Positions 16,712 through 24,983 of a DNA stretch of 64,000 nt are shown here, piece after piece. The DNA lies in the IMG/VR virus record IMGVR_UViG_3300005253_000523, positions 5,091 to 69,090 of that record, one strand, 5' to 3'. The notes beneath the pieces were generated by a model. It was not told the origin of the DNA and ran no database searches. It saw only the letters and a list, made by a program, of their open reading frames with translations. Position 1 is the stretch's first letter; every line of letters begins with the position of its first letter. Origin of the DNA: a virus. Both the position numbers and the translations under genes were made by a program.

Positions 16712-17515
16712 TCACTCGCGGTTGATTTCTTCGACCGCCTTACGCGCCTGGTCTGCGAGATCCTGGTGTTGCTTTGCTGTCCGCTCGAATACAGTCGTGA
16801 GCTTCCCGGCAGAACCCATGTCGACGATCATCTTCACGGCTTCGCCGATGGCCTGGCCGTGCCAGCGATGCCGAATCTGAACTCCACTCGCCTTCTCGAA
16901 TTCATCGACGACGATCTTGAGTTCCTGATAGCTGCTACCGACCCGATCCTTCACGCGCTTCTCGGCGTCGGCGATCTCCTTGCGGTGTTTCTCATAGGTT
17001 TCGTTATAGACCTTCTCGCGCAAACGAATTTCGGGAATGTTCATTGCCGCCTGCGCCGAGCGCAACATCGACGCCACGAAGCGACGCGGGATCTCGACGG
17101 GCCGCTTCTGATACGGCGCCTTCTTGATCGTGTGGAGCTTGTCACCCTTGGCAACGATCAGCCCCCACGGCTCTGGCAACTCGTCTTCCTTGACGACGTC
17201 CGGTGTTCCAGCAACGACCCACCACTCGTTGCAGAACTCCCACAAGGGCTCCGCCTTCGCCGGATGTTTCAGCTCGCGACGCCAGTCGCTGCGATGAGAC
17301 TTGAACTCGAAGCCAGAGATCGTGAGACCGCGCGACGGCCACAACCCCATCGCGACCGCGTCGGCGTAGCGCTCGGTGCGGGCTGCGCCGGTCGTGTTGC
17401 GCACCTCCGGGAACAGTGCGTACTGATCGCCTGGGTACCGCACTCGCAGCATATCGTACAGCTCGTTGGACGACTTGGTTTCGTAAACCTTCTTCTTGAC
17501 CGGCATCGGCGGCAT
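16712..17515 (-). CDS. MmcB-like PD-(D/E)XK nuclease
   Basis: EVR...RYADAVAMGLWPSRG...GFEFKSHRSDWRRE...ELPEPWGL. Confidence 0.75.
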   Translation of the reverse strand: MPPMPVKKKVYETKSSNELYDMLRVRYPGDQYALFPEVRNTTGAARTERYADAVAMGLWPSRGLTISGFEFKSHRSDWRRELKHPAKAEPLWEFCNEWWVVAGTPDVVKEDELPEPWGLIVAKGDKLHTIKKAPYQKRPVEIPRRFVASMLRSAQAAMNIPEIRLREKVYNETYEKHRKEIADAEKRVKDRVGSSYQELKIVVDEFEKASGVQIRHRWHGQAIGEAVKMIVDMGSAGKLTTVFERTAKQHQDLADQARKAVEEINRE

Positions 17516-17558
17516 ACCCTACGGAATCCGCATAAGCATGGCAAGCGATTCATTCTCG

Positions 17559-17587
17559 TTGACAGGGTACTCGACCGGCATTAGCAT
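17559..17587 (+). promoter_or_regulatory. Sigma70 promoter, probably leaderless transcript
   Basis: TTGACA-17nt-TAGCAT with ATG at 17596. Confidence 0.65.
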
Positions 17588-17595
17588 CCGGGGCC

Positions 17596-18291
17596 ATGAC
17601 GGTACAGCACGGCGATACGATTCCAGACGCGCACAAGGAGCGGTGGTGCGAGATCCACGGGCAGTCGCATCCCGCGCACCACATCTGCTGCCACTACGGC
17701 GACGCGATCATCGCGGACATTATTCGTGACGGTCCGTTCAATGATTCAGATTCACTGACTGTGGATCGCACGTTCCCAGACTTCCAGACCGTGCTCGCCG
17801 CTGCCCGCGACCACGATCGCATCGCCAAGTTCCTGCTCGACGAATGGCCTGACGTAATCGCCGGCAGCGCGGCCGATACAGTCGTGCCACTGCTCGCCGA
17901 GTACAGATCGCTGCGCCAGGTCGCGGAGATCACCGGCCGTCTCGTCGACAACCCAATGAGCGTGACAAACATCCGGCCAGACATACGAGAGGCCCTCGAT
18001 AACTACGCGAAGAAGCGGTGGCCCACGGGACAATTCTTGAGCGCGGTTCTGTCCAACGATCTCAAGGGAGCGACTGGCCATGCCGACGCCGACAACATTC
18101 GCGTGCTGCCGGCGATCGTCTCCTACATCTACAACGATCTGCCCGCGCCATGCTGGGGCAGCAAGGAAGAAGTCGTCGCCTGGCTCGCTGCTCGCTGCAA
18201 GACGTGCAACGGCACTGGCACGACGCCTGACCACGACGAGAACGATCCGCTGAGCAAGTGCACCGAGTGCGATGGGAAGGGCCACCAATGA
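17596..18291 (+). CDS. Hypothetical protein with C-terminal DnaJ-type CxxCxGxG zinc finger
   Basis: GQFLSAVLSNDL...PAPCWGS; CKTCNGTG...CTECDGKG. Confidence 0.65.
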   Translation: MTVQHGDTIPDAHKERWCEIHGQSHPAHHICCHYGDAIIADIIRDGPFNDSDSLTVDRTFPDFQTVLAAARDHDRIAKFLLDEWPDVIAGSAADTVVPLLAEYRSLRQVAEITGRLVDNPMSVTNIRPDIREALDNYAKKRWPTGQFLSAVLSNDLKGATGHADADNIRVLPAIVSYIYNDLPAPCWGSKEEVVAWLAARCKTCNGTGTTPDHDENDPLSKCTECDGKGHQ

Positions 18292-18617
18292 CTGCCGCGT
18301 ATGAACAGCGTGCCCGCGCTCGGGAACGTATCGGACACGATGACTTCGAGAAATTGTCGACCGCGCTATACGGACGAGAGAGGTACTACAACGGCCACGA
18401 AGGGATCTCAATGGGAGATAACCTGGCCAGCATTGCCGTCGAAGAAATGATGACGATCGTTGTGGCGAAAATCCGCGCACGTGAAAGAGATCTTCGGGAA
18501 CTCGGCGAAAAAATCTGGAACGACAAAAACCAAGAAGTGAATTCGAGACACGATCAATCAGATCGCTACGCCGAGCGCGCATCTGAACTCGAACAACTAG
18601 CAGATCAAATGGAGTGA
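18288..18617 (+). CDS. Hypothetical coiled-coil protein
   Basis: ATGA-coupled to the upstream gene. Confidence 0.55.
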   Translation: MTAAYEQRARARERIGHDDFEKLSTALYGRERYYNGHEGISMGDNLASIAVEEMMTIVVAKIRARERDLRELGEKIWNDKNQEVNSRHDQSDRYAERASELEQLADQME

Positions 18618-18618
18618 T

Positions 18619-19545
18619 ATGGGTGACAAGACGAAGATCCAGTGGACCGCCACCGTAAATAAAGACGGAACGGTCACACCAGGAGCAACGTGGAATCCGA
18701 TCGTGGGTTGTCGGCGCGTCTCGGCCGGCTGCGAAAAATGTTATGCCGAACGCCTCTCTGCCACGCGTCTGAGTCAGACGCCGAGGTACAAGGGCCTGGC
18801 AGTCATGCGCAAGGCCGGACCACGGTGGACGGGCAAGACGCGGTTCATTCCCGACGAGTTAGTGAAGCCACTGCGCTGGCAACGACCTCGGAAGATTTTC
18901 GTGTGCGACATGGCCGATCTCTTTTACAAAGAGGTACGGCCGGAATGGATCGCGGCCGTGTTCGGTGTGATGGCATCTGCACCACACCACACATTCCAGG
19001 TCCTGACCAAGCGGCCGGAAATCGCAGCCGACTGGTTCAAAAACTGGCAGCCCGAGGAATGCCAGAAGATCGCGATGAATCTCGTGCCGTGGAAGGGATT
19101 CCTGAATACGAAGTTCGTCGACCGCTGGCCGCTGCCGAATGTATGGCTCGGCACCAGTATCGAGGATCAGGCCACTGCCGACAAGCGGATCAACTACCTG
19201 CGCAAGTGTCCGGCCGAGATCCGATTCGTGAGCTACGAGCCAGCGCTCGGTCCGATCGACTTCGAGGAACACGTCGTGAACAAGCGACCGCTCGACTGGA
19301 TCATCGTGGGCGGCGAGAGCGGTCCAGGTGCAAGACCGTTCGACGTCAACTGGGCACGTAAGACGATCGACATCTGCCGCGACGAAGACGTCGCCTGCTT
19401 CGTCAAGCAGCTCGGCGCGCGACCATACGACAGCACATCCGGCGCCGCGCCCTATCTCAATGATCGCAAGGGAGGAGACATCACCGAGTGGCCGCCTCCT
19501 CTCCGCGTCCGGCAGTTTCCGAAAACCAGGAAGAGGGCAGCATGA
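18619..19545 (+). CDS. Phage Gp37/Gp68 (DUF5131) radical-SAM-like protein
   Basis: TWNPIVGCRRVSAGCEKCYAE, FVCDMADLF, FQVLTKR, WIIVGGESG. Confidence 0.9.
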   Translation: MGDKTKIQWTATVNKDGTVTPGATWNPIVGCRRVSAGCEKCYAERLSATRLSQTPRYKGLAVMRKAGPRWTGKTRFIPDELVKPLRWQRPRKIFVCDMADLFYKEVRPEWIAAVFGVMASAPHHTFQVLTKRPEIAADWFKNWQPEECQKIAMNLVPWKGFLNTKFVDRWPLPNVWLGTSIEDQATADKRINYLRKCPAEIRFVSYEPALGPIDFEEHVVNKRPLDWIIVGGESGPGARPFDVNWARKTIDICRDEDVACFVKQLGARPYDSTSGAAPYLNDRKGGDITEWPPPLRVRQFPKTRKRAA

Positions 19546-19790
19546 AGATCGCAATCCGTCTCGCGCTGAGCGCCGTGTTCATTTACTACATCTATGCCCA
19601 GACCACGAGCTGGATGCTGGCCGTGGTCCTGGCAGCGATGACGGTCTCGATGGAGCTGCGGGATTTCAACATGAACGTCACGCGCGGTGTACTGATGCGT
19701 GTTGCGAACAACCAGAAGCAGATCGTAGACATACTTGCCAAGGATCACGGCATCGATCTGCACAAGCAAATCGACGCCGAGCTCAACTGA
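19542..19790 (+). CDS. Small membrane protein
   Basis: Two hydrophobic helices; ATGA coupling. Confidence 0.55.
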   Translation: MKIAIRLALSAVFIYYIYAQTTSWMLAVVLAAMTVSMELRDFNMNVTRGVLMRVANNQKQIVDILAKDHGIDLHKQIDAELN

Positions 19791-20143
19791 TGCGCCGCAT
19801 GTCTTTCTCGCTCACGGAGCGACAATTTCTAGACGGAACCAAAAATGTTACGAGAAGGACTGGCTGGCGCGGTCTGCAAAAGGGTGATCGGTTCATGGCC
19901 GTACGGAAGTGCATGGGTCTCAAGAAGGGAGAGAAGCAGGTCGTGCTCGGCGAATGCGTCGTCCTCGGTGCGCGTCGCGAACGTCTCTCCGAGATCACCA
20001 AACACGATTGCATCCGCGAGGGATTTCCTGATCTCACGCCAGATGAATTCGTTGATATGTTCAATCGGCACATGCGATGTGGTCCGAATGCACGTATCAC
20101 GCGCATCGAGTTTCGCCGGGTCGAATCACACCGCTATGTATAG
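19790..20143 (+). CDS. ASCH/PUA-like domain protein
   Basis: MSFSLTERQFLDGTKNVTRRTGW...DCIREGF...TRIEF. Confidence 0.75.
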   Translation: MRRMSFSLTERQFLDGTKNVTRRTGWRGLQKGDRFMAVRKCMGLKKGEKQVVLGECVVLGARRERLSEITKHDCIREGFPDLTPDEFVDMFNRHMRCGPNARITRIEFRRVESHRYV

Positions 20144-20848
20144 CTGTTCGAGATCACGAAGTACCGTGCCATATAGATGATGCCAGCGCTCCTGTAGGTC
20201 GATTATCCGACCATTGATGTCGGAGTAGAGCCGACGAAGCTCATCATTGTTACGAACACAAACGTTGTAGTCGGATGCCAGTAGGCTGGTAAGCCGCATG
20301 AGTTCTGCATCGATCTTGTCTTTAGCGTTGTTTTGTTTGTAATTGTTTTTTTTGTAATTGTGTGGCTGACAGAATTCAAGCAGAAGATTCCGATCATGAT
20401 CTTCCAATCTCTCTCGCCATCCTTCAACTTCCACGATTCCATAAAATCCGTAACCCCTCGAAGTCGGTTTTTTCCCAGCTAAAACATTTAAAAAAATGCC
20501 AGCGATTGAGACGATCCCTTGATCTGTGCGCAATGATTCAAGTTGACCGGAAAAATCCGGATCGTTTGCGAGAGATCCAATACAGGCACGTCTTAGTTCT
20601 TGTCCTAGTTGCCACACCACATGGACGTGTTCTGAATCCTCCTTGTACCCACAACCCTTCCAGAAATAGTTAACCAAACCCCACGGGACTCCAAAGAGAG
20701 CATCATCGTCAAGATCGATGATCTGCTCACATGGAAGTTGTCGGAATACAGACATGGTCATCTGCCGCTTACCAATTTGTAAAACACGAATACTTATCGA
20801 GGTCGTGTTGATCTTCGCATCTTCAACGGTCATCAATTTTGTCGTCAT
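20126..20848 (-). CDS. Hypothetical protein in a lower-GC segment
   Basis: GGAGAG SD, own promoter, AT-richer codons. Confidence 0.7.
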   Translation of the reverse strand: MTTKLMTVEDAKINTTSISIRVLQIGKRQMTMSVFRQLPCEQIIDLDDDALFGVPWGLVNYFWKGCGYKEDSEHVHVVWQLGQELRRACIGSLANDPDFSGQLESLRTDQGIVSIAGIFLNVLAGKKPTSRGYGFYGIVEVEGWRERLEDHDRNLLLEFCQPHNYKKNNYKQNNAKDKIDAELMRLTSLLASDYNVCVRNNDELRRLYSDINGRIIDLQERWHHLYGTVLRDLEQLYIAV

Positions 20849-20901
20849 GCCGATCTCTCCTGAATGGAATCCTACTAAACCTGAGATAGCACGGGTCGAA
20901 T

Positions 20902-20933
20902 AAAAAGGCCGGGGACTTGCGCTGTCCCCGGCC
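20902..20933 (-). terminator. Rho-independent terminator
   Basis: GGCCGGGGAC/GTCCCCGGCC stem followed by T5 on the minus strand. Confidence 0.7.
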
Positions 20934-21222
20934 CATTCAACTCCGCCAGTCTAGGGCGGCGATCTGATCGGCTGCATGGCAACCACCTCGTTTTATAGAA
21001 TGTATGTGCGTAAATCGCTTTTGCGTTTTGGCCGGCTGTTCGTCCCGCCGGTAGGGTCGTGGATTCTGGGTGGGTGGCCTCCTTGATGGGGGTTCAAGTG
21101 CGCAACACCGCCATCCTACCCTGACCGCCACGTCGCTGTATGCGTGGCCCGCTCCGGGGCGAAGGCAGCCCGCCCGGCAGCGTGGCCCGGCCGGCGGTAG
21201 CACCCCACACAGGGGCAGACGT

Positions 21223-21310
21223 GGCGTTTCCCGCCCGGAGCAGTGCGGCGGTCGATTGTGGTCGATTCTTCTCGACTTCCTACTAAACCGGGTTTAGATT
21301 GATACCCATG
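21223..21310 (+). repeat. Promoter-cassette repeat, copy 1 (about 88 bp)
   Basis: ggcgtttcc..ccggagcagtgcggcggtcgatt...TCGACT-17-TAGATT-7nt-ATG. Confidence 0.8.
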
Positions 21311-21511
21311 AACCGCCCCACCCCGCCAGAAGGTCGCAGCTACTACATCGGACCCTACAAGGGCGACAAGATGATCGTCGAGGTTGGCAGCGAGGAAAAG
21401 GCTGCCACGGTGAGCGAGGCCGGTTACGGATATTTTCATGTCACTGCCGACGACGGCACCAGGATCAGCAGGCCATATCACGTTGCTGACAAGAACTGGC
21501 GATGGGCATGA
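21308..21511 (+). CDS. Small hypothetical (early) protein
   Basis: Leaderless ATG after repeat promoter. Confidence 0.6.
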   Translation: MNRPTPPEGRSYYIGPYKGDKMIVEVGSEEKAATVSEAGYGYFHVTADDGTRISRPYHVADKNWRWA

Positions 21512-21598
21512 GGCGTTTCCGCCCCGGAGCAGTGCGGCGGTCGATTTCTCCAGATATTTCTCGACATGCTACTAAAGCGGGTTTAGATTAGGTTTATG
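21512..21598 (+). repeat. Promoter-cassette repeat, copy 2
   Basis: Near-identical to 21223-21310; TCGACA-17-TAGATT-6nt-ATG. Confidence 0.8.
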
Positions 21599-21814
21599 GA
21601 CAACACAACGACACTGATCAAGAAGCACACCGCCTCCATCGCCACCCGCTGCGGCTACGAGGTCAACCACAATGGCACGATCGTCGGCTGGGTCGCGCAG
21701 GATGCGAAGGGCCGCTGGGTGCCCTGGATCTCCAAGGATGGCCCCCACTGGAACAAGGCAACCAAAACCCGCAATGAGGCCGTCGACTACACGATCCGCC
21801 ACTTCGCGCACTAA
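21596..21814 (+). CDS. Small hypothetical (early) protein
   Basis: Leaderless ATG; followed by a terminator. Confidence 0.6.
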   Translation: MDNTTTLIKKHTASIATRCGYEVNHNGTIVGWVAQDAKGRWVPWISKDGPHWNKATKTRNEAVDYTIRHFAH

Positions 21815-21835
21815 AGCTGGTTGCGCATTGCGCCG

Positions 21836-21864
21836 AAGGCCCCCGGGAGACCGGGGGCTTTTTT
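21836..21864 (+). terminator. Rho-independent terminator
   Basis: GCCCCCGG-gaga-CCGGGGGC followed by T6. Confidence 0.85.
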
Positions 21865-21950
21865 CGTTCGGACAGCGAGTCGAAAAAAAAAGATCCAAAA
21901 AAAGCGACGTAGGGGTTGCATACTAAAGCGGCTACTGTATAGTGACACTC

Positions 21951-22254
21951 ATGGACGCGACGATCACCTTCGGCAACCCCGGCAGCGAGAAGACCCTGCG
22001 AGGTCCGCCGGATCTCGCTCACCCTCGGCCGCAGCGACGCGGGAACCTGGTCCTCGTACCTGGCGATCAGTTACGACGACGGCGGCAAGGTTGCCTGGGT
22101 TCGGATGCAATCGCAGCCCCGAGCACGCCGCCAGGATGCGTTCGCCGATCTGATGGCCAACGTCGCCTGCTACTTCGACGGCCTGCCGGCCGGATACACC
22201 TTCACCCTCAACGGCAAACGCCGGAACGAGATCCCCAGCTACCTCAACCGATAG
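21951..22254 (+). pseudogene. Hypothetical gene with apparent frameshift near 21995
   Basis: Removing one C joins MDATITFGNPGSEKT to CEVRRISLTLGR...EIPSYLNR*, which ends at the next SD. Confidence 0.5.
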
Positions 22255-22264
22255 GAGAACGACG

Positions 22265-22558
22265 ATGGCCATGACACTCACAGAGAAAAGAGCACGCCGC
22301 ACGGAACGCGCAGAATCGAAGCGCCGCATCGAGCAGGCGCAGAAAGAAACCCGCGCCATCGTTACGACCGGCATCTGCCCGGAATGCGGATCGGGTCTGC
22401 AACAGAACCTGGCACTAACCGGCTGGTGGCAGTGCGATCAGTACGGCGCTGACGGGTTCCGCAAGGACGACTCGAAGCCAGCATGCGGCTGGCAGGGATT
22501 CACCAAAGATAGGAGAACGACGATGCGAACCACACGAGAAACACAATGCCGATCGTAG
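22265..22558 (+). CDS. Small Cys-rich (zinc-ribbon) protein
   Basis: AGGAG SD; CPECG...WWQC...CGWQGF. Confidence 0.6.
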   Translation: MAMTLTEKRARRTERAESKRRIEQAQKETRAIVTTGICPECGSGLQQNLALTGWWQCDQYGADGFRKDDSKPACGWQGFTKDRRTTMRTTRETQCRS

Positions 22559-22764
22559 TACCGAAGAACAACCGAGTGCCATCGTACTTCTACCTGGCGA
22601 TGCCAGGCATGCCGGTTGTCTGCCTGACCATGATCGAGTACCTGGCGCTGCCAGTCGCACGACTCAAAGACAGCAACGTCACCAATTCTCGCGATCGCGC
22701 CCTGCGCTGGGCGGAGAAGGATGGATCTAACATCGTCCCGTTCGACATGGAGCTACTGCGATGA
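22546..22764 (+). CDS. Hypothetical protein
   Basis: Coding-like; may begin at 22523 via an indel. Confidence 0.5.
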   Translation: MPIVVPKNNRVPSYFYLAMPGMPVVCLTMIEYLALPVARLKDSNVTNSRDRALRWAEKDGSNIVPFDMELLR

Positions 22765-22767
22765 GAT

Positions 22768-23035
22768 TCATTCGTCCAGAGCGTCGAGCAACATCCGAAG
22801 CCAGAACCGGTCGCCCTTGTTGATCTGAAGATCGAAGACCTTGTCTGGCCCTGGCCAGGCGGGGGGGGTCGTCGTCGGCACCGCGTAAGCACAGGCGCTC
22901 GGTGTTGACGTCCGGGCCGTGCGGTACCGCCTGGGGCAAACGGCCGACACAGGCGCTGTCAAGCGCTCGTCGTACGTAGTTGCAGTCCTGGTGCGGGCAC
23001 CACGACGGGCGTTCGTTGGGCCAGGACTTTGCCAT
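22768..23035 (-). pseudogene. Hypothetical gene split at a C8 tract (22861-22868)
   Basis: MAKSWPNERPSWCPH...DDDPP continues in another frame as AWPGPDKVFDLQINKGD. Confidence 0.5.
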
Positions 23036-23210
23036 GGGCAGAGTCTATCATTCCGTTGCGCGGTCGACTTCTATACGTTCGATCTCGTTCTCCAGCGCCT
23101 GCACCCGCAGCTTCAACTTTTCGCGATCGTGGGTCATGGCAGTGAGCTGGTCCTTCGTCGCCTGGTGGGCGGTGCGCTCGCGCGCAAGATCGCCGCGATA
23201 TTTTCCATCG

Positions 23211-23543
23211 TCACCCCACATGCGGCAGCTCGTCCTTCAGCACCGCGCGCACTGACTCCATCGGCATCGGCATCGGGCGCACGTCGTTGAGTCGTTTCCA
23301 CACGCGCTCGGCGAGATCATCGACGTCGATCTTCAGAGCATCTCGCTCGCGTTCAATCGCTGCCAGCTTCATCTTCGTATCCTGGTACGCGTGGCGCTCG
23401 TCAGCGGCGTTGGCCTTTCGCGTCTGTCGAATCATGTCATCCAGTTCCTCCTGCGTGATCGGCTTGTTGCAATGACGCCACGCGATCCAGGTAACAGCGC
23501 TGCCGACAACTACGATCGCAAAAATGTAGATCAGAAAATCCAT
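23211..23543 (-). CDS. Membrane-anchored coiled-coil protein
   Basis: N-terminal TM helix; AAGGA SD. Confidence 0.55.
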   Translation of the reverse strand: MDFLIYIFAIVVVGSAVTWIAWRHCNKPITQEELDDMIRQTRKANAADERHAYQDTKMKLAAIERERDALKIDVDDLAERVWKRLNDVRPMPMPMESVRAVLKDELPHVG

Positions 23544-23774
23544 CTTGTTATCCTTTTCGTTTCTCCAATGCCTCCAGGACAATGTCAGCAGCCTCGCCGA
23601 ATCCATCGAGGTGCCGCATGCGGATCGCTGCCGTGAGTGTGTGCACAGTCGCCTGTGCGAGTTCCTTTTCACTCGGTGGGAATCCTGTCACGGGATTCAG
23701 AGATACCTGAGCGCGTGCCAAATGCGCCGTCACCTCCTGGCGGATCCGCTGCTGATCTGCCCATTGCCGGCTGG

Positions 23775-24242
23775 TCATTCGATCACCGCTTGAATGTTTT
23801 CCGGAATTGTCCAGAGACCGAGCGCGCCTCTGCACGGAATCGGTTTCGGTAGCTGGATGAAATCGGTGAGCAACCAACCGACCGGTCCCTGGAACCACGG
23901 ATCGTCCTTGATGAATTCGAGGCAGGTCGCCGGATCCGTCCATTCACACTTTCCATCGCGCTTGTCGTACCAGGCAGATACAACCGCAGTCGACACAATG
24001 GCTGCGGAGATACCGCCGGCTTTCCTGATCGCGGCGTGGATAGCGATCTCGCACGCGCGATCGTGCTTCGACACACCTCGCGCCCAAGCCGCATACTCGG
24101 CGTTCCACTTCTTGCCGGCGTGGATCGCGATGCGCTGCCCGAAGACACTGGCGTGCGGTTTCCACTTGCGGTTCTCGACGCTCTTGAGTGGCTGGTGACC
24201 CATCATCGAAGCCACCGGCTGGTGTAACGTCAGCGCTCTCAT
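23775..24242 (-). CDS. ASCH-domain protein
   Basis: MRALTLHQP...KSVENRKW...RIAIHAGK...PIPCRGALGLW. Confidence 0.85.
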   Translation of the reverse strand: MRALTLHQPVASMMGHQPLKSVENRKWKPHASVFGQRIAIHAGKKWNAEYAAWARGVSKHDRACEIAIHAAIRKAGGISAAIVSTAVVSAWYDKRDGKCEWTDPATCLEFIKDDPWFQGPVGWLLTDFIQLPKPIPCRGALGLWTIPENIQAVIE

Positions 24243-24264
24243 GAATCGTTTCCAAGGTCGACCA

Positions 24265-24555
24265 TTACGTGTCGTCCTCTGCAATCTCTCGCACGTGGGC
24301 GCGTGCGCGGCCAACGTCGCCCTCTGGCTGGCGTTCGCACGTCGTGGCGTTGTGGCCAGGATTCCCGCAGATCGCACAGTAGACGGGCCGTGTGCCGCCG
24401 TCAGGGTGCCGCTTCTGGCGCTTGCGATCCCGATCCCACTGCCGGCACACCGAACAGTACGGATCACCCTTGCGGTTCCCGCAACGGGTGCAGACGCCGA
24501 GCGCGATCCGGGCAGCGTACAGGGCAGCGTAACTAGTATTCACGCGCTTGCTCAC
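24265..24555 (-). CDS. Zinc-finger protein with CCHC knuckle
   Basis: CTRCG...CSVC; CAICGNPGHNATTC. Confidence 0.6.
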   Translation of the reverse strand: MSKRVNTSYAALYAARIALGVCTRCGNRKGDPYCSVCRQWDRDRKRQKRHPDGGTRPVYCAICGNPGHNATTCERQPEGDVGRARAHVREIAEDDT

Positions 24556-24965
24556 GGCTTCACCACCATACCGTCCGCATTTACGAGCACGTCGCCATTT
24601 TCAAACGACATCGTCCACTTCCATCCTGATACGCCCCTGACGATGGTTTTCCAGTCGTCGTTACCGCGCATATTGCTCCGAAGAATCTCCTCACCCGGAT
24701 CGTTGCGGGCCTCGAACTCGGCCAACGTTTCCAACTTTCCGTTGATGTAGTGTGTTCCCGATTCACCAATGCGCTTCGGCTCCCAGCGACCATCGCCGCC
24801 CTCTTCCGTATGGAACCGAAAACCGTAGGGACGGGAGTTGTATCGTTCCGTGATCTTCGACGCCCTCTTCACGGCCTCTCTGACATCCCACTCGGGGATC
24901 TCTTGGATGGTTCTCTCGGACACGAACGTGCCAGGGCTGTAGAACGTTACGAAGTGTTTGATCAT
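24552..24965 (-). CDS. Conserved phage hypothetical protein
   Basis: KHFVTFYSPGTFVSE...RYNSRPYGFRF. Confidence 0.65.
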   Translation of the reverse strand: MIKHFVTFYSPGTFVSERTIQEIPEWDVREAVKRASKITERYNSRPYGFRFHTEEGGDGRWEPKRIGESGTHYINGKLETLAEFEARNDPGEEILRSNMRGNDDWKTIVRGVSGWKWTMSFENGDVLVNADGMVVKP

Positions 24966-24983
24966 GGTTTCACCAAATGTCCT

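Noticed and set aside
21223-21598. 88-bp repeats as CRISPR or ncRNA units
   Set aside because: They resolve into -35/-10 promoter elements followed by an ATG
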